From a virus (taxonomy: Duplodnaviria > Caudoviricetes): 62,793 nt of DNA. The stretch lies in IMG/VR virus record IMGVR_UViG_3300023096_000006, positions 1-62,793 of that record; one strand, 5' to 3'. A program made the position numbers and the translations under genes. The notes beneath the pieces are model-generated. The model did not search any database. It was not told the DNA's origin and worked only from the letters and a program-made list of their open reading frames with translations. This document shows, piece after piece, positions 5,008 to 14,564 of this stretch. How positions within the stretch are numbered: the stretch's first letter is position 1; the number at the start of each line of letters is the position of its first letter.

Positions 5008-5170
5008 GCAATTCTTGATTCTCACTCACCGTATGAGTGCAGGAAGGTCCGTTGAACCCGTGTCCACACACAATGCATTTCTTGTCTGAGACAGAGAAAT
5101 CATGTGAGCCGCGAAGGCGAACCCTCTTGGCGATTTGTGCTTGCTGTCCGCGCGAGTAATGGTTCTTCAC
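4988..5170 (-). CDS. Hypothetical protein
   Basis: 60-aa ORF with H..CxxC..C. Confidence 0.5.
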   Translation of the reverse strand: MKNHYSRGQQAQIAKRVRLRGSHDFSVSDKKCIVCGHGFNGPSCTHTVSENQELLDTFAT

Positions 5171-5186
5171 TCGTTCTTGCCAATCG

Positions 5187-5411
5187 TCATAGTCCTGTAT
5201 ACGGCTCTACTTCTGATTCGTCAAGAAACTCATCGAACGAATTGTGCGTTGTCTGCCAAACAAATGTACCCGCGTCGTGGTTAAAGATAGCCTCAACCGT
5301 GGGATTACATGGACATGTGAATTTGTGCTTGTGCTCGATAACGTCGTTCTCAGGCCACACCTCACACGTATTGTCGGAGGTCCAGTTTTGCAACCATTTG
5401 GCTTTCTGCAC
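5187..5411 (-). CDS. Hypothetical protein
   Basis: GGAGG RBS; H..CPC.P..H motif. Confidence 0.6.
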   Translation of the reverse strand: MQKAKWLQNWTSDNTCEVWPENDVIEHKHKFTCPCNPTVEAIFNHDAGTFVWQTTHNSFDEFLDESEVEPYTGL

Positions 5412-5441
5412 TACTGGACCTCCAACATGAAACGTAGGAGA

Positions 5442-6287
5442 CTAGCTTACACTGGCATCCCGACGCGTGGCGGTGTTGGCCCGCTTGTTCTTCTTACGGA
5501 AGCTGCGGAGAGTCTTCTTGCTGAAGTTCTCCTTGAGCATCGGCTGGAGAAGAACGAACTCCGCAGGCGACGTGTAGTCAGCCCAGTCCCGCATGGGGAT
5601 GTTGGCCGAATCCAACTCTTCGATGACATCCAGCATGCGGCGCTCGTTCTCGGGCATCCAATCCATGCTCTCGTTGTAGAGGTCACCCAAGTCCTGCTCC
5701 AGGTACCCGTCCGTGTAGCCTTCGTCACCACGGTCAGCGAAGAACACATTGCTGTCTTCTTCACGGAGCCCAAAGGTGTCACCGGTACGGCGCGTGGCCG
5801 TGTCGTGACGGTTGGTGTAGAAGTCAGTGTCGTCATCGTCCCACCAGTGCTTGCTGGTGTAGCCGTAGGGGTTCTTGTCCGACTTGGGACCATAGAACCC
5901 GCCAGGCGTGTTCAGACGGCACAACGTGGCCCAGATGGAGTTGAGAGCCGTGTGGTACTTGTGGTTCCAGGAGTACCGCTCCGACGTGACCTTGAACTTC
6001 TCGTAGTCGATGGCGAGAGCGGCCTGCTTGATGCCCTCAGCGTACGCCTCACGGGTCGTGTAGAACCGGTAGTTGTAGTCCATCTGAGGAGTGTCGTGGA
6101 TGGTGGGGTTGAACGAACCCGGAACCATGTACGTGTCCATGAAGTAGCGAAGGTGCTCTTCCACACGACCACGAACCTGAAGCTCGTACTCACCATTGTT
6201 CGTCCACGCAAGAACGTCGGCGTCACCGGCGACCTTGGCCGGGACAAGGGCGGGCATGAGGAGCCCGAAGTCAAAGAATGCCCACAT
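5442..6287 (-). CDS. Hypothetical phage protein
   Basis: GAAAGGA RBS before MWAFF, own promoter, strong codon bias. Confidence 0.75.
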   Translation of the reverse strand: MWAFFDFGLLMPALVPAKVAGDADVLAWTNNGEYELQVRGRVEEHLRYFMDTYMVPGSFNPTIHDTPQMDYNYRFYTTREAYAEGIKQAALAIDYEKFKVTSERYSWNHKYHTALNSIWATLCRLNTPGGFYGPKSDKNPYGYTSKHWWDDDDTDFYTNRHDTATRRTGDTFGLREEDSNVFFADRGDEGYTDGYLEQDLGDLYNESMDWMPENERRMLDVIEELDSANIPMRDWADYTSPAEFVLLQPMLKENFSKKTLRSFRKKNKRANTATRRDASVS

Positions 6288-6328
6288 GATGAATCCTTTC
6301 GTTGGTAGCTGCTGTAGCTGATACCTCA

Positions 6329-6357
6329 AAGATACAGGGTTAGTTGACGGATGTCAA
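6329..6357 (-). promoter_or_regulatory. SigA-like promoter
   Basis: TTGACA-17-TATCTT. Confidence 0.7.
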
Positions 6358-6669
6358 GCCCTCTCTAAGAACCCGGTCAAGCTCTTCGCGATTCAACGCC
6401 AAGTCGTGGTGCACACTGATGGTGAGGTCATCCGCCAACCCAAGTTCGAAAAGGCTCAACTCCAAACACTCAAACTTCCCGGCCTCGTCCCGCACGTAAA
6501 GATACAGGATTTCATCCTCCCAGTCGTCTTCGTACTCTACGACCTCAAAATCATCCACGTAGCCAACATAGGTGTGAAGGATGTCGTCAATATCGGTCCA
6601 GGAGACTTGCATGTACTGGCCAATCAAGGCAGTAGTCAGGTCGCGGTGAAGCAAGTCTGTCTTTGTCAT
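6340..6669 (-). CDS. Hypothetical acidic protein
   Basis: ORF from MTKTDLL, just downstream of a promoter. Confidence 0.6.
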   Translation of the reverse strand: MTKTDLLHRDLTTALIGQYMQVSWTDIDDILHTYVGYVDDFEVVEYEDDWEDEILYLYVRDEAGKFECLELSLFELGLADDLTISVHHDLALNREELDRVLREGLTSVN

Positions 6670-6675
6670 ACTCCA

Positions 6676-6723
6676 TGTATACGGCGAAGGCCCGCCCTGT
6701 GTCAAGCACTGTGGGCGGGCCTT
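6676..6723 (-). promoter_or_regulatory. Hairpin overlapping a TTGACA-18-TATACA promoter
   Basis: AAGGCCCGCCC/GGGCGGGCCTT stem with the -35 box in its loop. Confidence 0.55.
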
Positions 6724-6746
6724 CTGTTGCCTAGGGTGTCGGGACG

Positions 6747-6938
6747 CTAGGCAGTCTCTGGGGTTTCAGCTTCTGTCTGGTCAGCAAACAGCATGTAGCG
6801 GGCGAGCTTATCAGCTTCCCCCTCAGCGACAAACACGATGGTACCGCCGACGTTGAAGATGTAGCCCTTTACATCGTCCTGCGTGTGATGGTACACAAGG
6901 ACTGCGGACTTGGTTGTGGTTTGAACTTGGATGGTCAT
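6747..6938 (-). CDS. Hypothetical protein
   Basis: 63-aa ORF tightly packed after the upstream gene. Confidence 0.6.
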   Translation of the reverse strand: MTIQVQTTTKSAVLVYHHTQDDVKGYIFNVGGTIVFVAEGEADKLARYMLFADQTEAETPETA

Positions 6939-6941
6939 GAC

Positions 6942-8108
6942 TTACTCGACAATCTGTGACAACTTGTAAGGGTTCACTGCTGGCTGTCCAGCGGTGTTGC
7001 CTTCATCCCAGATGCGGGCCTTCAGGCTGTTGAACGTGGCGCTAGGGATAGCTCCACCGATGCGCAAGAGCTTGTCCACCCGGTCTTCGGAGATTTCCGG
7101 GTCGTTGGCTGTCTGCGTAATGGCGTTCATCACGACGTACATGTTCAGGTCGTTCTCTGGATTTTCCAGAACCTCGTTGACACCACGGCGCTGAGTGACA
7201 GGAACGTTGTACGTGTCGTAGATTTCACTCACGACTTCACCCGTGTTCGAACCGAGCTTCAGAGAGGTAAGTCCCTGGATGAGGTCAAACTGGCTCTCCA
7301 TGCCCCCCAGAACGCTGTCTACGGCGTTCTGTGCCCAGGCGTACACATCCTGCTCGTCGTGCTCTCCACGGCGGCTGAAGACGTTGCTTACAGCGTCCAG
7401 AGTGGTCGTGGCACCGTTCGTGCACCACCAGCGGAACAAGTAGGTTTCAATCTTCGTCTGGCTCTTACCGATGAGAGAGTTCGTCAGGTGAATACCACCG
7501 GCCCACTCGTCAGACTCACCCGATGGAACATCGCTCATGCCGCCGCCCGAAATGTTGCGAGCGGCCTCGGGAATGATGAAACGTACATCCGTGCGAGCCA
7601 GGGAGTGATTGAACTTGTAGTCCGCATAGATGTTCGCTGAGCCGTAACGCTCTACGATTCCCTGCACTACCTCTCCCACCAACAGAGAGTTGGAGAAAGG
7701 GTTGATGGTCGGGCGTGTGAATGCCGCTACTGCCTGGTTGTCTCCCGTGGCGAGCATGTTGTAGGCGTTGTCACCCATGCCACCGGAGTACCAGTAGTTC
7801 AAGTGCTGCTCCAGAAGATTGTTCGGGAGCTTGGCTGCGTACTTGCCAGGAAGGCCGAAGGCTGCGCCAGCCTGTAGAGCGGCGTCCTTTGTCAGTGGAC
7901 GTTCTACACCGTTGACACGAATCACGGCGTCTACAGGTACCGTACCGTCCTTGTCCTCCAGACCGATGGCCCATGAAGGCTCAAAGGCAAAGAGAATCTT
8001 GTCGTCGGAAGAAATGAATGTCTGTTCCAGAGGCTCTGTCGAAGAAAGTCGAGCCTGAACCTGCTCCAGCGTAAGGAGCTTGCTCTTCATGGTGTCAAAA
8101 GCTACCAC
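6942..8108 (-). CDS. DUF932/DUF945-like protein
   Basis: L.NS..G...R.WCTNG motif; GAGGAGG RBS. Confidence 0.6.
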   Translation of the reverse strand: MVAFDTMKSKLLTLEQVQARLSSTEPLEQTFISSDDKILFAFEPSWAIGLEDKDGTVPVDAVIRVNGVERPLTKDAALQAGAAFGLPGKYAAKLPNNLLEQHLNYWYSGGMGDNAYNMLATGDNQAVAAFTRPTINPFSNSLLVGEVVQGIVERYGSANIYADYKFNHSLARTDVRFIIPEAARNISGGGMSDVPSGESDEWAGGIHLTNSLIGKSQTKIETYLFRWWCTNGATTTLDAVSNVFSRRGEHDEQDVYAWAQNAVDSVLGGMESQFDLIQGLTSLKLGSNTGEVVSEIYDTYNVPVTQRRGVNEVLENPENDLNMYVVMNAITQTANDPEISEDRVDKLLRIGGAIPSATFNSLKARIWDEGNTAGQPAVNPYKLSQIVE

Positions 8109-8131
8109 TGTAGACCTCCTCAGGTCACATG

Positions 8132-8160
8132 CTTATACGGCACAAGAACAAGAAAGTCAA
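8132..8160 (-). promoter_or_regulatory. Promoter TTGACT-17-(CCG)TATAAG
   Basis: Intergenic, correct spacing. Confidence 0.55.
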
Positions 8161-8161
8161 C

Positions 8162-9415
8162 TTACAGGTCAACTCGGTTGCCTGCACCTGCTGTGGGAAG
8201 TAGTTCCTTGAACTCTTCTTCTTCAGCCTCAGAGATTTCCTGCTCCTCAGGAGTTGTGACTGCTTGGAGTGCAAGGTCATTGTCCTTGACGTACTGAGCG
8301 GCGTGCGCAATGACGGCATCCCGCCACTCAGGGTGAGCGTCAGCGGCTGCATTCAGAGCCTTGTCACTACGGATATTGGCACGCTGATGTCCGGTCTTCG
8401 TGCGCTCCATCCACTCAGGAGCAAGACCCTTGTCCTCCACCTTGTGGAAGTAGTAGTAGCCCTGGGAGTACATGACTTCCTTGGCGGCAAGAAGAATTTG
8501 CATGGCTGTCCAGAAGTTGTCGAAGCCCCTACCGAAGCGCACACGCACAACTGCCTTGCGGAACGGGCGTGCCACCTTGTTCTTGGTGACCTTGACTTCC
8601 ACGTTGGTAGCACCAGGAGTTTCTACTTCTTCCCCAGAGAGAGGGTCAATGCTCTTCTCCTTGATGTTTCCTACCTGCTTGTACTCCAGGCGCACGGACT
8701 CGTAGAACTTCAGAGCCACCCCACCGGGAGTACTCATCTTCGGCCCCAGGTGAGCGGGACGACGGCCAGACATGTCCAGAACCTCACGAAGGTGGTTCAC
8801 GAAGATGTTCAAGGTCTGGTGCCTGTAGAGAAGAGGAACCAGCTTCTGACCCAGGTCGGACATGAGCTTTGCCTGCACGGCAGGAAGGCTCTTACCAATC
8901 TCGGCAGAGGCCTTAGCAGAAGGCATCATGGAAGCTACGGAGTCCCAGATGACCATGCGGATGCGGCCAGTTTCGATTAGCTCTACGGCGATGTTCGCGC
9001 CGTCTTCCAGAGTGTCAGGCTGAACCAGCAAGAAGGAGTCGTCGTCAATGTCCAGACCCAGGCTCTTGCAATAGTCCTGGTCAATGGTGGCCTCGTAGTC
9101 CAAGTACAGAATCTTGTCTGTAGGGAGAATCTTGAAGACTGTTCCGTCAGTACCGGCAACTTCTCCACCCCCGGACAGGATGACCTTCTGCAAGGCTGCT
9201 GCGGTCTGGAGAGCGGTCGTGGTCTTACCGGAGGAGGGGGGTCCCGCAAGCTCCACGAGACGGCCTAGCGGTAGTCCTCCACCGATGATGTGGTCTAGAG
9301 CGATGTTTCCAGTCGTGATGAAGTAAGAGGGCTGCGCAATCTTAGAAACTGCGCCGATACCCGTCTTGAACTTCTTCTGGACCTGGAGCAACTTTGCGTC
9401 AAAGTCGTCGGCCAT
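8162..9415 (-). CDS. recA: RecA-like recombinase
   Basis: GGGLPLGR, GPPSSGKTT, WDSVA, TPGGVALKFY and KNKV motifs. Confidence 0.95.
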   Translation of the reverse strand: MADDFDAKLLQVQKKFKTGIGAVSKIAQPSYFITTGNIALDHIIGGGLPLGRLVELAGPPSSGKTTTALQTAAALQKVILSGGGEVAGTDGTVFKILPTDKILYLDYEATIDQDYCKSLGLDIDDDSFLLVQPDTLEDGANIAVELIETGRIRMVIWDSVASMMPSAKASAEIGKSLPAVQAKLMSDLGQKLVPLLYRHQTLNIFVNHLREVLDMSGRRPAHLGPKMSTPGGVALKFYESVRLEYKQVGNIKEKSIDPLSGEEVETPGATNVEVKVTKNKVARPFRKAVVRVRFGRGFDNFWTAMQILLAAKEVMYSQGYYYFHKVEDKGLAPEWMERTKTGHQRANIRSDKALNAAADAHPEWRDAVIAHAAQYVKDNDLALQAVTTPEEQEISEAEEEEFKELLPTAGAGNRVDL

Positions 9416-9425
9416 TAGAGTTCTC

Positions 9426-10019
9426 CTAGATGTACGCGGGCTGTACGCCCGTAAGCGTTGTGTACTCGTCCTGGTGACGGACAAGCCAATCGTTGATGAG
9501 GAAAGCCATAACGTAGTCGGTCATGGACTTTTCAAGAGGGTTCGTGTTCTTCTTCAGAACCTTGGTTCCCTCGGGGAGAGAGTCGATGTACTGCTGCACA
9601 AGGTCGGGAGGGTTGTATCCCAACTGTGCGGCGTGCTCTAGAGCTTTGGCGTCTCGGTACAGCAAGCTTTCCGCTTTGCTGAGGCCCTTAGGGGCTCGTG
9701 CTACACCCTCGTAGTCTTTCATCCACGTGCTGGGATTGACGAAGTAAAACGAGAAATCTTGCAAGGCGAGCATGAGCATGCCCTGTAGGCGGGTCACTGG
9801 CTTTGTCATAGCTTGTGAAGAAACCCCGTAAGGTACGTCCTCAACAAGAATGTGAAGCGTGTGACCCCGAAGTCGGTTGCATACCTCAAAGAGCGTGTTG
9901 ACCCACTCGACGGGTGACCTACCGGCAGAGTCGCCCTGCCAGCGGACCTGACCGTCCTCGTCCCGCAAGACTGCTGCTGAGAACTTAGAGGCCAGGTCCA
10001 CTGACAGGTAGAAAATCAC
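9426..10019 (-). CDS. RuvC-like Holliday junction resolvase
   Basis: N-terminal LSVDLA, ILVED and PSTW.K pattern; next to RecA. Confidence 0.65.
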   Translation of the reverse strand: MIFYLSVDLASKFSAAVLRDEDGQVRWQGDSAGRSPVEWVNTLFEVCNRLRGHTLHILVEDVPYGVSSQAMTKPVTRLQGMLMLALQDFSFYFVNPSTWMKDYEGVARAPKGLSKAESLLYRDAKALEHAAQLGYNPPDLVQQYIDSLPEGTKVLKKNTNPLEKSMTDYVMAFLINDWLVRHQDEYTTLTGVQPAYI

Positions 10020-10022
10020 GGC

Positions 10023-11003
10023 TTAGATGCCGTTCAGGAGAGCGTCAATGTCGTCATCCGAAGAAGCTCCACCGGAAGAGGCCTCAGGCTGACCGGCGTC
10101 GATACCTAGGTCTGCCAGGCTTGTGGCAGGCTCAGGAGTAGCGATGGCCCAGCCGTCTGCATCCTTGTCCTGAGTAGAGCCACTGTTCAGGAGGTCGTCA
10201 AGACCTTCCTGAAGAGAAGCACCAGAGCCGATGTTGCTCATAGCCGCGTCCGTGGCAGAGATTGTCTGCACACCCGTAGCGATGGCCCACGCCTCGTTGA
10301 TGGCCTTGATGTCGAACTCAATCTGCTTCTCGCTCTTCTTGGAGCCACAGAAGATAGACAGGTCAGGAGCCAGGTTTTCCTTGGCCATGAGAGCCTGCAC
10401 GTACTTCTTGCGCTCGTCGTTGGCGAGCCATGCACCATCCATGGAAATGGAAATGTCGTAGCCGTGGAACGCAGGGTTCTCGGCCTTGAAGATGACATCG
10501 TGCTTGCGGAGGTCGAAGCCCTGCTGCTTGAACTCGTAGAGCTTGGAGAACACCTTGTCAGTGAAGGAGTAGACAAGAGTCTGAGCACCAAACGGGTCCT
10601 TGACTTCCAAGCTGTTTGGCTTGGTGTCGTACTTCAGAAGGTGAAGCGCGAATCGGCGCTGAGGAGCGTAGAAGCGGTCGGAGCGCTTAGCTTCTGCACA
10701 CAGAGGGCAGTGCTCAGGGTCGGACCCATCTTCGGAAAGGACTCCGTAGTCGCCCAAGCAGATAGGGCGGGAAACGAACTCGTATACGTAGTCCTCGTAC
10801 TGCGTGCCGTCGCGGCGAGACTTGGTTTCCTTCTGAGGAAGACCGCCTACCAGCTTTGGCTTTCGCAGGTTGTGAACGAACTCAGCTACCGGTGCCTCTA
10901 GGACAGCTACACGGGCGATTTCGCCCTTCTTGTCTAGCTTGAACTTGGGGTAGTCGTAATCGTTCTTCTTGATGTTCTCTTCGGTAAATTCTACGCGAGG
11001 CAT
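10023..11003 (-). CDS. Single-stranded DNA-binding protein (gp32-like)
   Basis: Acidic tail (DDDIDALLNGI), CPLC site, replication context. Confidence 0.65.
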   Translation of the reverse strand: MPRVEFTEENIKKNDYDYPKFKLDKKGEIARVAVLEAPVAEFVHNLRKPKLVGGLPQKETKSRRDGTQYEDYVYEFVSRPICLGDYGVLSEDGSDPEHCPLCAEAKRSDRFYAPQRRFALHLLKYDTKPNSLEVKDPFGAQTLVYSFTDKVFSKLYEFKQQGFDLRKHDVIFKAENPAFHGYDISISMDGAWLANDERKKYVQALMAKENLAPDLSIFCGSKKSEKQIEFDIKAINEAWAIATGVQTISATDAAMSNIGSGASLQEGLDDLLNSGSTQDKDADGWAIATPEPATSLADLGIDAGQPEASSGGASSDDDIDALLNGI

Positions 11004-11088
11004 TTTCGTTCCTATCAGGTGTTTTTAATAGTGGGAGCCTAGTAGCGGCTCAAGTACAAGCCTACTAGGTTTCATAGGCGCGTGGCGC

Positions 11089-11604
11089 TTATGTTTGTAC
11101 CTCTTGCGAGGTCACAAATTGCTGAATTCGAAGCATCTGAAGTACGTCCTCACGTAGCTTCTCCAGTCCCCAATAGCACTGGCTGATGACATCAAGAGTT
11201 TCAGATGCTTGGGACTCTGCGTTCTTCATACGGTGAGCTTCCCGCTTCTCCTGCAAGGAAGCAAGAGACGCTGCGGAATTCTTCTCAGCGGCACTGACGA
11301 ATTCTTGTACACGGGTTGTACGGGCAGAGTCCATGGCCTCGTCATATCGCACGGTGGCATCGAACTCTGCCTGCTCACGCATTCTCATGATGCGTCCCTT
11401 AGCCTGGCGTGCCTTGGACTGTAGTTCTTCTACCCGGTCCAGACGAACACGAACTCTCTGAAGCATGTCCAAGGCGGCAGACTGTCCTAGCTCGTAAGCC
11501 GGTAGCTGTACCTTGCCCTTGGGGTCTTCAGCCTCGCCGTGACGTAGCTCTAGCGCCTCGCTGGCCCATTCCAGTAGGACTTTCTCTAGGCTTCCATCAC
11601 TCAT
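11089..11604 (-). CDS. Coiled-coil protein, possibly a recombination mediator
   Basis: All-helical ORF between the polymerase and SSB genes. Confidence 0.55.
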   Translation of the reverse strand: MSDGSLEKVLLEWASEALELRHGEAEDPKGKVQLPAYELGQSAALDMLQRVRVRLDRVEELQSKARQAKGRIMRMREQAEFDATVRYDEAMDSARTTRVQEFVSAAEKNSAASLASLQEKREAHRMKNAESQASETLDVISQCYWGLEKLREDVLQMLRIQQFVTSQEVQT

Positions 11605-11899
11605 TCTGACCCACAATCTTTTCCGTGAGAGCGTTGCGCTTGTTCACAACCTGAGAAAGCTGTTCGGCAACGGCAGAGCCGGGTCCGTAAATGTGAGGGA
11701 AGTGCTGCACCTTGTAAAGCAGAATGAAGGATTCAGCAATGAGTTGCAAGAGACGGTACTTATCCGTCAGCTTCATCTTGGTAATGACCTTATCTGAGTG
11801 CTCTGCGAAGTGAAGAGCCAAATCGGCCTCGTCAACTTCCACATCCTGCTTCACCCAAATGCCCTGGATTTCCTCAGAAGCCCCTAGTCGTACATGCAT
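11597..11899 (-). CDS. Hypothetical protein
   Basis: 100-aa ORF in operon. Confidence 0.6.
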   Translation of the reverse strand: MHVRLGASEEIQGIWVKQDVEVDEADLALHFAEHSDKVITKMKLTDKYRLLQLIAESFILLYKVQHFPHIYGPGSAVAEQLSQVVNKRNALTEKIVGQNE

Positions 11900-11907
11900 A
11901 GTCTCTT

Positions 11908-14373
11908 TTACGCCTCAATCTTTCGAAGTTCGAGAGTACCGGTAAGAAGTGCATCCTGAATCAGGTCCCATGGCGTGCTCGTGATGGAGTACAGCCCTGG
12001 CAGAGTCTTTGTCTGTCCCTCAAGGGAAATGGTGATGCGCAGACCTGTAGCTGACTCGCACTGGTTGATGATGTCCTTAGCACGGGACCACTGTTCGCCT
12101 GTCGGAGGTGTGAGGAATTCAAGGTAGTACTCAGCCTCGTTCTCCTTCACCTCTACTAGCGGAGCAACTTCCTCTACTGGAGTTGGCTCTTCAGTAGGAA
12201 TACCCTTCTTCGGGTCGAAGTTGGGGTACTTGTCCTGGAAGGCGTAAGCCTCCTCAACCGTGTGGAAGTCCTGCTTGCGCCACTCGTAGCCGACAATTTT
12301 CTTGTCCTTGTCTACGTTGACCTCAATCACGTCTCCCCAGCGGCGTCCCTCGTGCCACTCAGCAAGAATCTCTGGAAGTCCCTCCACCGGGAAGGAAACC
12401 ATGGGGTTGATGAGGTCAATGACCTCCTGAGTAGATACAGACTCGTGGACGTAGAACTCAAGAGCGTCATGGATAGTCATGACAAGGCGAATCTTGTCTT
12501 GAAGTCCTGCCGCCTTGATAGCCCGCTGAGCGCGCACCATACCCAACTTGATGTAGTCAGCGGCACCTCCCTGAACAGGAGCGTTGACGCACATACGGTC
12601 ACCCTTGGAGCGCATGTTGCGCGCCCACTTCTCCAGGTCCTTACGCTCTTCACCAGTGAGTCTGGAAGCCTTCTCCATGAGGCGTTCAACCTCGTTGTAC
12701 TCCCAGATGTGGAAGCGGCGTCCGAACATGGTAGAGACTTCCCAGGTGGTCTGTCCCTCAATGACTCGGGCGTCCATCCAAGACTTCAGTCCTGAGAACG
12801 TGTCGAAGTACTGAGCAAGAAGTACTTCTGCCTCTTCGGTAGAGATACCTAGGCCCTCACCGATAGCTTGCGCACCAGAACCATAGACGATAGCGAAGTT
12901 CAGCGTCTTACCCTTGGCACGGTCCTTCTCTGTCAGTTCATCCAGAGGGATGCCCAGCATGGTCGAAGCCGTAGCCTTGTGAATGTCCGTGCCGTCAGCG
13001 AAGGCCTGCAACAGTGCTGTCTCGTTAGCCATACCGGCAAGCACTCGAAGCTCAACCTGGCTGAAGTCGAATCCAATGATGCGGAACCCGTCAGGAGCGA
13101 TGAGGAAGTTCCTGTAGTTCAGGTCTAGGGCAGTACCGTCCTTCAACTCGAAGTGGTAAGGCTTTGGCCACTGCTGGTAGGAGACGCCATCAACAGAGAA
13201 TCGTCCCGTACCCGCACCTAGCTGGTTGTGGTTAGGACGGGCTCTACCTGTAGGGTCGTAGCTCAGTTCGTTCCGGTACTTGTCGATGTAGCTGGACAGG
13301 AGCTTAGAGACTCCTCGCCATTCCAGAATCTTGTTCAGGCCTGGGTCCTTGCGGGCAAGAACCTGCATGGCCTTCTCATCCGTAGTCGGCTTCTGCGTCT
13401 TACGGTTGTACTGGATAGGCAGTTCAAGCTTCTCGTACAGGAGTTCCTGTACCTGCTTCGGGGAGTTGAAGTTGACCGATACCAGTTCACCCAAGCGCTC
13501 GGAGAGTTCAGCCTGAATCTCCTCGTTGAGCGCGGCCTTGAAGCCCGTAATCTCAGTGGAGCGTCGGTCGTACTCGGCCCAGTCGAGAGCCAAGCCCTCC
13601 TGCTCCATTTCGCACAGCACCGGCAGAAGAAGAATCTCCGTCTTGAACATCAGACGGTCCTTGACTTCTGCGTAGTGGTGCTCGTGCAGAGCTAGCGTCC
13701 ATGCGGAGTCCTCGCAGGCGTACTCAACCACCTCGGGAGATAGCAAGCGAGTGTTGAATCGCACCATGGAGCGCTTTGTCTTTGGAGTTCCTGGTCCCAA
13801 CTCAGAATCTTCCTCGGGGAAGAGGCTCATGAACTCGGTCATCTGATGTCCGAAGATGTGCTTCGTTAGACCCTTCAAACCCACACCGACGCCTGCACCG
13901 GAAGCGAGAGGCTGGTAGCGCTGGACCATGTTGGCTTCAATCATGGTGTCGGAAAGGATGGGGTACAGACCATTGGTCGCCCGGACAGCGGATGCGAAGA
14001 AGGTGTCATCCCATAGCACTTCTCGGAACCATCGGGACAAGCCCTGAAGTTCGTACATGGCGTTGTGAGGTACACCACGGCCCGTCTGAAGGAGAGTCCA
14101 CACGAGACGGGCTGCTGCTACGGGATTGACGTTCTGACCCTTGTCGTGAGCGACAGGGACGTAGCGTGCCCAGGAGGTGTCATCGGTGAAAGAGATTCCA
14201 ACCATGAGCCAGTTCGGGTGGAACGGCATGACGGAAATGTCCTTGGCATCAGGTCCGGTGTAACCGGCCTCGATGTCGAAGGCGAAGTCCTTGCCACCGT
14301 CAATGACTTTCTTGATGTAAGTCTTCAGCCCGTCAACGGTGTCTAGTAGGCCGTAGTTCTTATTCGTCGTCAT
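11908..14373 (-). CDS. polA: DNA polymerase, family A, with 3'-5' exonuclease
   Basis: FDIE, HN, YACED exo motifs; DFSQVELR, R.KGKTLNFAIVYG, IHDAL. Confidence 0.95.
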   Translation of the reverse strand: MTTNKNYGLLDTVDGLKTYIKKVIDGGKDFAFDIEAGYTGPDAKDISVMPFHPNWLMVGISFTDDTSWARYVPVAHDKGQNVNPVAAARLVWTLLQTGRGVPHNAMYELQGLSRWFREVLWDDTFFASAVRATNGLYPILSDTMIEANMVQRYQPLASGAGVGVGLKGLTKHIFGHQMTEFMSLFPEEDSELGPGTPKTKRSMVRFNTRLLSPEVVEYACEDSAWTLALHEHHYAEVKDRLMFKTEILLLPVLCEMEQEGLALDWAEYDRRSTEITGFKAALNEEIQAELSERLGELVSVNFNSPKQVQELLYEKLELPIQYNRKTQKPTTDEKAMQVLARKDPGLNKILEWRGVSKLLSSYIDKYRNELSYDPTGRARPNHNQLGAGTGRFSVDGVSYQQWPKPYHFELKDGTALDLNYRNFLIAPDGFRIIGFDFSQVELRVLAGMANETALLQAFADGTDIHKATASTMLGIPLDELTEKDRAKGKTLNFAIVYGSGAQAIGEGLGISTEEAEVLLAQYFDTFSGLKSWMDARVIEGQTTWEVSTMFGRRFHIWEYNEVERLMEKASRLTGEERKDLEKWARNMRSKGDRMCVNAPVQGGAADYIKLGMVRAQRAIKAAGLQDKIRLVMTIHDALEFYVHESVSTQEVIDLINPMVSFPVEGLPEILAEWHEGRRWGDVIEVNVDKDKKIVGYEWRKQDFHTVEEAYAFQDKYPNFDPKKGIPTEEPTPVEEVAPLVEVKENEAEYYLEFLTPPTGEQWSRAKDIINQCESATGLRITISLEGQTKTLPGLYSITSTPWDLIQDALLTGTLELRKIEA

Positions 14374-14545
14374 TTGCCGAACCTCCGTAGAAGACTTGCT
14401 GGTATTCCTGACGACGTGGGAGTGCTCGCGCCACACCGTACGTCAGGTTGCTGAGGGCATACCTCAGGAAGAGCGAGAGAATCGAGAAAGCTACGACAGC
14501 GATACCGACCTGAGCCAGCACTGTCCAGAAAAATGACCATTCCAT
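14360..14545 (-). CDS. Small membrane protein
   Basis: Single hydrophobic helix; GGAG RBS. Confidence 0.6.
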   Translation of the reverse strand: MEWSFFWTVLAQVGIAVVAFSILSLFLRYALSNLTYGVARALPRRQEYQQVFYGGSANDDE

Positions 14546-14564
14546 TAGACTCTCCTATACGCCT